Below, piece by piece: positions 21,809-30,124 of a DNA stretch of 64,000 nt. Both the position numbers and the translations under genes were made by a program. This DNA comes from an uncultured delta proteobacterium (GTDB lineage: Bacteria > Myxococcota_A > Polyangia > Polyangiales > JAFGIB01), in NCBI GenBank assembly GCA_963778655.1, contig CAVZVA010000011.1, positions 480,001 to 544,000 of the forward strand. The letters run 5' to 3'. The notes beneath the pieces are model-generated. The model was not told the DNA's origin. It saw only the letters and a list, made by a program, of their open reading frames with translations, and ran no database searches. How positions within the stretch are numbered: position 1 is the stretch's first letter; each line of letters opens with the position of its first letter.

Positions 21809-22648
21809 ATGCCCCGCTGGTCTCTTTGGGCGGTCACCTGCGCCGCATGCGTGTTGGGCGCTACGTCTTGGGCTGCGGCCCAAGGGACGAGGGCTCATGC
21901 CGCCCCATCGGAAGAGGCGGACTCGAGCTACGAGGCCCTGATCCGCGAGGCGCTCACCGAGTTCAACGCGCGCAACTATGCGGAAGCTCTGGCGCTGTTC
22001 GAACGCGCACACGCGGTCAAACCGAGCGCACGCACCTTGCGTGGCCTCGGGATCACGGCCTTCGAGCTCAAACGCTACGTCCAGGCGCTCCACGACCTCG
22101 GCGCGGCACTGGTCGATCCGCGCTTGCCCCTGACCGAGACGCAAGCCAAGGGTGTACGCGCGCTGATCGTGAAGGCGCGCCGTTTCGTCGGCAGAATCAA
22201 GCTTGAGGTCGTCCCGGAAGAGGCCGGCGTTCTGGTCGATGGCCAGCCGTCCTCGGACCGCGACCTCGTGCTGGATTTGGGCGAGCATCAGGTGTCGGTG
22301 CGCGCACCGGGCTATCACGAGGAACAGCTCAAGCTCATCATCGAGGGCGGCGAGAACACCACCCGACGCGTGGAGCTGATGCCGCTCGAGGTCAGCCCGC
22401 AGAATGCCGCCGCGAGCGTGCCGCCGGACGATCATGGCGCAGTCGCGCAGCGCGCTGGCTCGCAGAAAACGGGAGGGACCCCGCTCTTCGGCAAGTGGTG
22501 GTTCTGGACGGCCGCCGGGGTGGTCGTAGCGGGGGCGGCGGTTGGCCTGGCGCTCGCCGTTTCGGGCCCGAGCACGACCAGGGTCGAGCCGCTCACGACC
22601 GCGAACACGCCGCCGGGCGCGCAGCTACAAGCCTCGATGGTGCGATGA
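21809..22648 (+). CDS. TPR + PEGA domain protein
   Basis: GGAGG RBS, signal peptide, TPR helices, VLVDG..GEHQVSVRAPGY PEGA, KWWFWT + hydrophobic tail. Confidence 0.85.
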   Translation: MPRWSLWAVTCAACVLGATSWAAAQGTRAHAAPSEEADSSYEALIREALTEFNARNYAEALALFERAHAVKPSARTLRGLGITAFELKRYVQALHDLGAALVDPRLPLTETQAKGVRALIVKARRFVGRIKLEVVPEEAGVLVDGQPSSDRDLVLDLGEHQVSVRAPGYHEEQLKLIIEGGENTTRRVELMPLEVSPQNAAASVPPDDHGAVAQRAGSQKTGGTPLFGKWWFWTAAGVVVAGAAVGLALAVSGPSTTRVEPLTTANTPPGAQLQASMVR

Positions 22649-25179
22649 TGGGCGCTCGCATTCGCGTTTTCGGGGCACTCGGTCTGCTTCTGATCGCCGG
22701 CTGCAGCAAAGTCGAGACGGTCACCGCGCCGACCGAGATCCTACTGCGCATCAACAACACCGACGACCAGCTCCGCGCCAGTATGACCGCTTTGCGGGTC
22801 ACGCTTTCCGTGCAGCAGGGCGGGACGTGGCAGGCCCGCCCGCCGCTCGCGCTCCCGAGCAAGAACCTCAAGTGGCCGGTGGATATCCCGATCACGCCGA
22901 GCCCGGGGGCCAAGCTCGACCGACAGCTCGAGGTGGTGGTCGACGCGCTGGCGGGCGAGAAGGTGCTGGCACAGACGCGGGCGACCGTGGTGTTCGTAGA
23001 GAACGAGCACCGCTTGCTCGAAGTCTACCTGTACGTGTGCCCGGGCCACACGCCGGACGAAGGCCCAGTGTGCGCACCCGACGGCTGCACCGGGGACGCG
23101 TGCAAAGTGTGCAGCCCGACAGGGACGTGCGAGGCGGTCTTGCTGAGCCCGACGACGAAGCTCACGCCCGCCGATGCGAGCAGGAAGCCGCAAAACAAGC
23201 CGCCGCCGGGCACGGACGGGTACGACGGGGGCGGCGACAGCGGTGCGAGCAACCGCCCCGATGCCGGGCCCGGCGGCATGGATGCGGGGGGAGCAGGCGG
23301 CAGCGGTGCGGCTGGCTCGTCCGGGGGCGCCGACGCAGGCCCGCTGGACGCCATGCCAGGGATGGACGGCTCGATCGATCTCCCGGACGCCGACGCCGGG
23401 TCGGACGCAGCGATGAGCCTCGATCCTTGCCTCAGCAACCACGGCGGTTGTGACCCCTTGGTGATGTGCACGTCGAACGGGACGAGCGTCAGCTGTGACC
23501 CCTGTCCGGCCGGCTACGACGACACCAACGGCGACGGCACACTGTGCACCGACATCGACGAGTGCGCCCTGCAGACCTTCGACTGCAAGACCAACTCCAC
23601 CTGCATGAACACCGCGGGCAGCTATGACTGTCCATGCGATGTCGGGTTCCACGGGGACGGCCATCAACAATGCCTCCCGAACGTGCTGTGCGACGCCACG
23701 GGCAGCAACTGCGCAGCCCTGGCCAGCTGCATGGACGTTTCCGGTACCCAATACTGCGTGTGCGGCTCGGGATACGAAGGCGACGGCGCGAGCTGCACCG
23801 ACATCGACGAGTGCGCGTCGAACAACGGTGGCTGCGGCAGCGCGACTTACTACTCCTGCACCAACAACACGGGCGCTCCCCCGACCTGTGCCGACATCAA
23901 GGAGTGCGCCACCAACAACGGCGGCTGCGGCAATCCCAGCTACATCACCTGCGGCGAGAACGTCGGCGCCGCCCCAACCTGCTCCGACATCAAGGAGTGC
24001 GCCACCAACAACGGCGGCTGCGGCAATCCCAGCTACATCACCTGCGGCGAGAACGTCGGCGCTCCCCCAACCTGCTCCGACATCAAGGAGTGCGCCACCA
24101 ACAACGGCGGCTGCGGCAATCCCAGCTACATCACCTGCGGCGAGAACGTCGGCGCTCCCCCAACCTGCTCCGACATCAAGGAGTGCGCCACCAACAACGG
24201 CGGCTGCGGCAATCCCAGCTACATCACCTGCGGCGAGAACGTCGGCGCCCCCCCAACCTGCTCCGACATCAAGGAGTGCGCCACCAACAACGGCGGCTGC
24301 GGCAATCCCAGCTACATCACCTGCGGCGAGAACGTCGGCGCCCCCCCAACCTGCTCCGACATCAAGGAGTGCGCCACCAACAACGGCGGCTGCGGCAATC
24401 CCAGCTACATCACCTGCGGCGAGAACGTCGGCGCCCCCCCAACCTGCTCCGACATCAAGGAGTGCGCCACCAACAACGGCGGCTGCGGAAACCCGGCCTA
24501 CGTCACCTGTGGCGAGAACGTCGGCGCCGCGCCAACCTGCTCCGACATCAACGAGTGTCTGACCAACAACGGCGGCTGCGGCAATGCGGCCAACTTCTCG
24601 TGCGTGAACAACTACGGAGCGGCGCCGACCTGCGGCGACGTCAACGAGTGCAACGCTTCGAACATCTGCACCTCGTACTACCCGTGCCAAAACTTGGCGC
24701 CGTACTACGAATGCCAAGGCCAGTTCCCGGACTGGAAACCGACGGATTCGCCCTCGTCATTCACCGTCCACGGCTCGGGGTCCTCGGCCACGGTCACCGA
24801 CTCGAATACCGGCCTCGAGTGGCAGTACAGCCCGCCCAGCGTGTATTCGGGCTGCACAGGCTCTTCCGGCGGCTCGTGCACGTGGGCCGAAGCCAAGCTG
24901 TATTGCAGCGGCCTCTCGCTCTCCGGTGGAGGCTGGCGGCTGCCCACCCAAGCCGAGCTCGAGTCGATCGTGGACTACACCAAGCTGCCCGCCGGGGGCT
25001 CGGTGGCGATCAGCACCACGGCCTTTGCGCCGCTCATGGGCGACCGCTTCTGGTCGTCGTCGCAGTTCGCCTCCAGCTCGTCTTCGGACCCGGCCGTGTG
25101 GATCGTCAAATTCAGCACCGGCGCCTCGATGGGCCAATCCGGGATCGGCAACACCGCCTATGTCCGCTGCGTGCGCTGA
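22645..25179 (+). CDS. lipoprotein with Ca-binding EGF-like repeats and C-terminal DUF1566 (Lcl) domain
   Basis: lipobox LIAGC; DIDEC repeats; TGLEWQ, TWAEAKLYC, GWRLPTQAEL, FWSSS, YVRCVR. Confidence 0.88.
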   Translation: MMGARIRVFGALGLLLIAGCSKVETVTAPTEILLRINNTDDQLRASMTALRVTLSVQQGGTWQARPPLALPSKNLKWPVDIPITPSPGAKLDRQLEVVVDALAGEKVLAQTRATVVFVENEHRLLEVYLYVCPGHTPDEGPVCAPDGCTGDACKVCSPTGTCEAVLLSPTTKLTPADASRKPQNKPPPGTDGYDGGGDSGASNRPDAGPGGMDAGGAGGSGAAGSSGGADAGPLDAMPGMDGSIDLPDADAGSDAAMSLDPCLSNHGGCDPLVMCTSNGTSVSCDPCPAGYDDTNGDGTLCTDIDECALQTFDCKTNSTCMNTAGSYDCPCDVGFHGDGHQQCLPNVLCDATGSNCAALASCMDVSGTQYCVCGSGYEGDGASCTDIDECASNNGGCGSATYYSCTNNTGAPPTCADIKECATNNGGCGNPSYITCGENVGAAPTCSDIKECATNNGGCGNPSYITCGENVGAPPTCSDIKECATNNGGCGNPSYITCGENVGAPPTCSDIKECATNNGGCGNPSYITCGENVGAPPTCSDIKECATNNGGCGNPSYITCGENVGAPPTCSDIKECATNNGGCGNPSYITCGENVGAPPTCSDIKECATNNGGCGNPAYVTCGENVGAAPTCSDINECLTNNGGCGNAANFSCVNNYGAAPTCGDVNECNASNICTSYYPCQNLAPYYECQGQFPDWKPTDSPSSFTVHGSGSSATVTDSNTGLEWQYSPPSVYSGCTGSSGGSCTWAEAKLYCSGLSLSGGGWRLPTQAELESIVDYTKLPAGGSVAISTTAFAPLMGDRFWSSSQFASSSSSDPAVWIVKFSTGASMGQSGIGNTAYVRCVR
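23800..24636 (+). repeat. intragenic 93-bp tandem repeat, 9 units (31 aa)
   Basis: units start at 23800, 23893, 23986, 24079, 24172, 24265, 24358, 24451, 24544; six central units nearly identical. Confidence 0.95.
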
Positions 25180-25225
25180 GAGCAGGAGAATCGTCCAGCA
25201 GGAGCCTCATTCGAGGAGAGCCCCC

Positions 25226-25651
25226 ATGAAGCATGCCGTCCCAATCGTCTTGCTGCTGAGCTTGGTGATGGCTGCGCTCCGCGCCGCTGCGGATGCGCCG
25301 CCGGGCCGTTACACGATCTCGAGCGGCACCGTGTATGACACGCGCACCGCGCTCACTTGGCAGCAGACGCCTGCCAGCACCAGCTACACCCAAGCCCAGG
25401 CCATTAGCCATTGCTCGGGTCTCGGTGGGGGTTGGCGCATTCCCAAGGTGTCCGAGCTGCTTTCGATCGTCGATCGCCTGAAGGCCGCGGCCCCAGCGAT
25501 CGACCTGACTGCGTTCCCCGGCACCGGGTCGGAGATCTTCTGGGCCTCCACCCCCACCGTGAGCGGCTACGCCTGGGCCGTGGACTTCACCGACGGCCGC
25601 TCGATCAGCCAGGACGTCACCTTCACGTTCCGGGTGCGCTGCGTGCGTTGA
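25226..25651 (+). CDS. secreted stand-alone DUF1566 (Lcl) domain protein
   Basis: GAGGAG RBS, signal peptide, VYDTRTALTWQ, GWRIPKVSEL, VRCVR. Confidence 0.85.
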   Translation: MKHAVPIVLLLSLVMAALRAAADAPPGRYTISSGTVYDTRTALTWQQTPASTSYTQAQAISHCSGLGGGWRIPKVSELLSIVDRLKAAAPAIDLTAFPGTGSEIFWASTPTVSGYAWAVDFTDGRSISQDVTFTFRVRCVR

Positions 25652-25759
25652 CGCAGAGCAGAGCGCGCCCGCAATCGAGGCCAAGACGGCGACCCCCGCG
25701 TGCGATTGCACGTGGGGGTCGGTTCGCGTCCGCGCAAAGCCAAGACCGAGCTCTCGGCG

Positions 25760-26791
25760 CTACGGGAGCAACACCTCGTCGATCACGTGGATCACGCCGT
25801 TGGTAACTACGATGTCGGGGATCGTCACCTTGGCGTCGTTGATCTTCACACCGTCGCCGAGCTGCACGCTCAACTGCTTGCCGCCGAGCAGCGTGTCCAG
25901 CGGCCCGGCCTCGAGCTGCGAGGATTTCACGCTGCCGCTCACCGCGTGATAGAGCAGCACGTCCTTGAGATCGGTCGCACTGAGCCCGGCCAGGGTCCCC
26001 GCGGGCAGCGCAGCGAATGCCGCGTCCGTCGGCGCAAACACCGTGAACGGTCCCGCTCCGGAGAGGGTATCGGCGAGACCCGCATCGCTCACCGCCTTCA
26101 CCAGCGTGGTGAGGTTGCCGGCAAGCTGCGCAGCTTGAACGACATCCGGCGGCAACAGAACCTTGTCGATCACGTGGATCACGCCGTTGCTCGCGTCGAC
26201 GTCGGCCGTGGTGACTGTGGCGTCGTTGATCATCACGCCGTTGGATAGGCTCACGAACAAGCTGAGGCCGCTCGCGCTGGTCAGGGGCTTACCGTCGAGA
26301 TCGGCGGCGTGCGCGTTGGCAGCGACGACGTGGTAGAGCAGCACCGCCTTGAGCTGCTCGCCGCTCAGTGAGCCGAGCGTGCCGGCAGGCAGCGCGGCGA
26401 ACGCCGCGTCCGTCGGCGCAAACACCGTGAACGGTCCCGGCCCCTTGAGCGTATCCACCAGGTCTGTATCGGTGAGCGCCTGGGCGAGCGTGGTGAAGCT
26501 GCCCGCAGCCACCGCGGTGTCGACGATGTCCTTGGCGGTGCTGCCCGGAGCTGCGGTCCCCGCGCCCGAGCCGCTGCCGCTCATGTCCACGGCGCCGCCG
26601 TTGCTGTCTGCGATACTGCCGCCGACCCCTGCCGCACCGCCGCTGGTAGCGGCTTGACCCGCGGCTCCGCCGCCGGTGGCGGCGGAGTCCATGATCGGGC
26701 TCGAGGCGTTGCTGGAATCACCGCATGCGCCTGCCCACGCGATCCACAGGCAAACCCCAAGATGCGCCCTGTTTGTCTTCCCGAAAAGCAT
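25760..26791 (-). CDS. fasciclin (FAS1) double-domain lipoprotein
   Basis: two GPFTVFAPTDAAF...YH...NGVIHVID domains. Confidence 0.93.
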   Translation of the reverse strand: MLFGKTNRAHLGVCLWIAWAGACGDSSNASSPIMDSAATGGGAAGQAATSGGAAGVGGSIADSNGGAVDMSGSGSGAGTAAPGSTAKDIVDTAVAAGSFTTLAQALTDTDLVDTLKGPGPFTVFAPTDAAFAALPAGTLGSLSGEQLKAVLLYHVVAANAHAADLDGKPLTSASGLSLFVSLSNGVMINDATVTTADVDASNGVIHVIDKVLLPPDVVQAAQLAGNLTTLVKAVSDAGLADTLSGAGPFTVFAPTDAAFAALPAGTLAGLSATDLKDVLLYHAVSGSVKSSQLEAGPLDTLLGGKQLSVQLGDGVKINDAKVTIPDIVVTNGVIHVIDEVLLP

Positions 26792-27009
26792 CTGAGCCTC
26801 CTAATTCCGCGGATTTTCCGCGGGGTTATGGGCCTGGCTTCGGCTCGCCAGGCACGCTCGAGACATGAGCAGCAAGCTTGTGTTGTCAATGATTTGAACA
26901 GATAAAACTTGGTCAAAAACAGGCGCAAGTAGGTCGAGCGCGGCGACAACGGTCCGACACAGACCCCGGTTGCCCTCTGCCCGCAAGATATGGAGCTTTG
27001 CCTTGCCGT

Positions 27010-27037
27010 TTGACCTGGTTTTGACCAAGTCTTGGCA
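27010..27037 (+). promoter_or_regulatory. candidate CarH operator (11-bp periodic direct repeats)
   Basis: TTGACC at 27010, TTGACC at 27021, TTGGCA at 27032, just upstream of carH. Confidence 0.5.
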
Positions 27038-27088
27038 TGCGTGCCTCCACGGAATCACGAAGCTGACGTGCCCCAACCCAATCGCGGA

Positions 27089-27979
27089 ATGAGCATCGGC
27101 GCCCTGGCTCGCGCCACCGGCGTTCCAGCCGACACGCTGCGCACCTGGGAGCGCCGTTACGGGTTTCCCAGCCCCGAGCGCACGGACTCGGGCCACAGGC
27201 GCTACTCCCTGCGCACCCTGGAACGACTCAAGCTGGTGAGACAGGTGCTGGAGCTCGGCCATCGCCCCTCGACCGTGCTGGCCACGGACGAAGCAGGGCT
27301 GCGCCAGCTGCTGGAAGCGGCCGGCCCGGGTGGCGCGCCGCCCGCGGCCGGGCGCGTCGCCGAAGCCAGCGACCCCGCGCGCGTGGAGGGTTGGCTGGAG
27401 CTGGTCGCGCGCTTCGACGGCGTGACGCTCGAGCACGCGCTGCGCTCGGCAGCAGGCGAGCTGGGCGGTCTGGCGTTTCTCGAGCGGCTGTTGGCGCCGT
27501 TTCTACGCGAGCTGGGGGAGCGCTGGGCAAGCGGGGCCATCGGCGTGCGCCACGAGCACTTCGCCAGCGAACGGGTGCGCGAGCTCCTGGCCGCCGAATG
27601 GCGCCCTCTGAGCGATTCGGCCACGGGCGCGACCGTGGTGGGTGCCACGCCGGCGGGCGAGCAGCACAGCTTGGGCCTGCACATGGCCGCGCTCGCGCTA
27701 GCGCTTCACGGCGCCCGCGTCGTGTTCTTGGGCGCCGACGCACCGGCCAGCGAGGTTGCGCGCGCGGTGGAGCAGCATGCCGCGCAGGCCGTCGTGCTGA
27801 GTGCGGCCCGCGGCACCGATCGCAGGCACCTCGAGCGCGAGGTTGCCGCGTTGCGCGCGGCCCTGCCCGACACGGTGCCGGTCGTAGCCGGCGGGCAGGG
27901 CTTCCAGCCCCCATTACAGGGTGTGGTGACGATTCGAAACCTGTTCGAGCTCGTCCAGTGGTGGTCCGCTCGGGCTTGA
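27089..27979 (+). CDS. carH: B12-dependent MerR-family photoreceptor/repressor CarH (LitR)
   Basis: MerR HTH (LRTWERRYG, GHRRYS), W-x9-EH motif (WASGAIGVRHEH), ExH B12 motif (GEQHSLG); next to crt cluster. Confidence 0.88.
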   Translation: MSIGALARATGVPADTLRTWERRYGFPSPERTDSGHRRYSLRTLERLKLVRQVLELGHRPSTVLATDEAGLRQLLEAAGPGGAPPAAGRVAEASDPARVEGWLELVARFDGVTLEHALRSAAGELGGLAFLERLLAPFLRELGERWASGAIGVRHEHFASERVRELLAAEWRPLSDSATGATVVGATPAGEQHSLGLHMAALALALHGARVVFLGADAPASEVARAVEQHAAQAVVLSAARGTDRRHLEREVAALRAALPDTVPVVAGGQGFQPPLQGVVTIRNLFELVQWWSARA

Positions 27980-28178
27980 TCCAGGTGCCTGGGGAGCGGC
28001 CCTGGACAGCCCCGCACCAGCTGCCGCTCTCAGCAGAGAGGCAAGGCCCTAGGCAAGCAGCCAGCGGGCCGCTGCGGACGGTTCACGGCTTATTCTGTTC
28101 AAAAATTGGTCAATGCCATTGACACGCGACAACAATCGGCTCATAACCTGTTCATTCTAGCAATCAGGAGAGCTCGCG

Positions 28179-29048
28179 ATGGCCCAGACAATTGAACCGG
28201 AAGTCAGACGCTACCTGGCCAGCGTGCAGCGGGTCGCCCCGCTCGCGCGCGCAGAAGAGCTGGCCCTGTGCAGAGCCTTTCTCGAGCACGGCGACCGCCG
28301 GGCAGCCGACCGCGTGATCACGGCGAACCTGCGCCACGTCGTGCCCCACGCGCTGCGCTACCGGCACATGGGGGTGCCGTTCGCCGACCTGATCGCGCAG
28401 GGCAACCTCGGTCTGCTGCTGGCGCTGCGCGGCTTCGACCCGGGGCGCGGGCTGCGCTTTGCGACCTACGCGAACCACTGGGTGCGCTCGGAGATGCTCG
28501 CGTTCGCGCTCAGGACCCGACGCTTGGTCGGAGGCGGACGCGGGGCGCTGCGCTCGGTGTATGCGTTGCGGATGCGGCGCGAGCACACCACGCTGTGCAA
28601 CCGTCTGGGCGATGACCCCGGGGTCCATCGCATTCTGTCGGAGCAATACCGCAAGAGCCCCGACGAAATCGCGAGCATCCTGCACCAAAACGAGCAACGC
28701 GACGCGTCGCTAGACGCGCCGGCGGCGCGCGGCGGACGCCATACGCTGCTCGCTACGCTCTCGCTAGACGAGCCGGGCCAGGACGAAGCGCTGCTCAGCC
28801 GCCGCACCAGGGCCGCTCTCACGACCGCCGTGGCGAGCGCCATCAGCGCGCTCGACGCACGCGAGCGCTTCATCGTGGAGGCGCGCATGATGGCCGATGA
28901 CGACACCCGCCTGTCGCTGGCCGAGATCGGCCAGCGCTTCGGCGTTTCTCGCGAACGCGCGCGTCAGCTCGAGAGCAAGGCCAAGGCGAAGCTGCGGTCC
29001 CGTCTGGCGACGCTCGCGGACCAGCCGTCCTTTTCGACCGCGGCTTGA
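28179..29048 (+). CDS. RpoH-like (group 3) sigma-70 factor
   Basis: ANLRHVV, DLIAQGNLGL, FDPGRGLRFATYA, SLDAP, SLAEIGQRFGVSRERARQLE. Confidence 0.9.
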   Translation: MAQTIEPEVRRYLASVQRVAPLARAEELALCRAFLEHGDRRAADRVITANLRHVVPHALRYRHMGVPFADLIAQGNLGLLLALRGFDPGRGLRFATYANHWVRSEMLAFALRTRRLVGGGRGALRSVYALRMRREHTTLCNRLGDDPGVHRILSEQYRKSPDEIASILHQNEQRDASLDAPAARGGRHTLLATLSLDEPGQDEALLSRRTRAALTTAVASAISALDARERFIVEARMMADDDTRLSLAEIGQRFGVSRERARQLESKAKAKLRSRLATLADQPSFSTAA

Positions 29049-29112
29049 ACGCCCCTCAATCGCCCGGACACGGCGTCCTGCGCGCAGCCGGGTTGCGGCA
29101 GTGCAGGCCCGC

Positions 29113-30114
29113 TCAGCGCAGCGCGCGCAGCGCGATCAGCTCGCCGCGCTCCGGCTCGCGCTTGGCCCGCAGCGCGTGCAGGCGCTCGGCATAGGCGGCG
29201 TCGTCGACCCACAGACGTCGCGCAGCGCGCGCGATCAACGCTCGCAGCAACCAGGGCATCTGCGCCGCCAGCAGGAAGCCGGCGCGCTCCGAGCTCGCGA
29301 GCGTGGCCTCGACGATCGCGGTGCGTCCCGGAGCGAGCGGGGTCGCATGGGTCTCCACCACCGAGCCTTCGCCCTCGCCGCGCACGATCGTCATCACGAT
29401 CGTGCGCGGATCGGTGCAATGGAAGCGCGCATCCACCTCGACTGCGAGCGCGCCGAGCACGCGGTACGCGACGCGGGCGGTGATCTCGTCCGGGCGCTGG
29501 TCGATCACGCGCAAGCTCGCGAACGACGCGGGGTGAAAGCACACGCCGTGCCAGGGGTCGAGCCGGTTGGCGATCACGTCCTGCGGCTCGCAGCCGGCTT
29601 CGACCCTGATCACGGCGTCGACGCAGCGCGCCGGCCGCGCCGGCAGCGCGGGGCGCTCGCTGGGCGGCTCGCCGCCGTCGAGCCGCACCCAGAACAGCAC
29701 GCCGTCGTCGTGGCTCGGCAGCGGCCTCCAGCCGGCGTGACCGCCGGGCCCCAGCGCGAGCCCGTGCCAGGGACAGAGCAGACGCCCGCGCTCGACCCGA
29801 CCAGCGGCCAGCGACGCGCCCATGTGAGGGCACGCGTTGGGCGCAACCAGCAGCCGCTCGCCGGCACGCCAAGCCACCAGCGCGCGCCCCGCCACCTGCA
29901 GGCAACGCGGGCGGCTGGTGATCGCACGCGAGGCGTCGAGCGCGTACCACCCGCCCGAGGGCAGCGCCTGCGCGCGCTGCAGGGCGCCGCGGATCCAGCG
30001 CGGATCGGCCTGCTCGAAGGCCGGGCGCCGATCGACGCCCCCAGCCGCGGGCAGCTTGCGTCCGAAACGCCAGAGCGGCGCGTGTCGCTTCGAGCTCGGC
30101 TGATCGTCTTGCAT
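29113..30114 (-). CDS. crtV: Rieske 2Fe-2S / DUF5914 protein, CrtV-like
   Basis: CPHMGA...CPWHG, ANRLDPWHG, SVVETHATP, LWVDDAAYAER; matches actinobacterial crtV-type proteins. Confidence 0.75.
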   Translation of the reverse strand: MQDDQPSSKRHAPLWRFGRKLPAAGGVDRRPAFEQADPRWIRGALQRAQALPSGGWYALDASRAITSRPRCLQVAGRALVAWRAGERLLVAPNACPHMGASLAAGRVERGRLLCPWHGLALGPGGHAGWRPLPSHDDGVLFWVRLDGGEPPSERPALPARPARCVDAVIRVEAGCEPQDVIANRLDPWHGVCFHPASFASLRVIDQRPDEITARVAYRVLGALAVEVDARFHCTDPRTIVMTIVRGEGEGSVVETHATPLAPGRTAIVEATLASSERAGFLLAAQMPWLLRALIARAARRLWVDDAAYAERLHALRAKREPERGELIALRALR

Positions 30115-30124
30115 GACGGCCTCC

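Noticed and set aside
23800..24636. CRISPR array
   Set aside because: No unique spacers; the 93-bp units are in-frame coding repeats and no cas genes are present
24760..25651. Diversity-generating retroelement (DUF1566 domains can be DGR targets)
   Set aside because: No reverse transcriptase or template repeat in the window; the two 3' ends differ broadly, not only at adenines. A remote DGR cannot be excluded from this window alone
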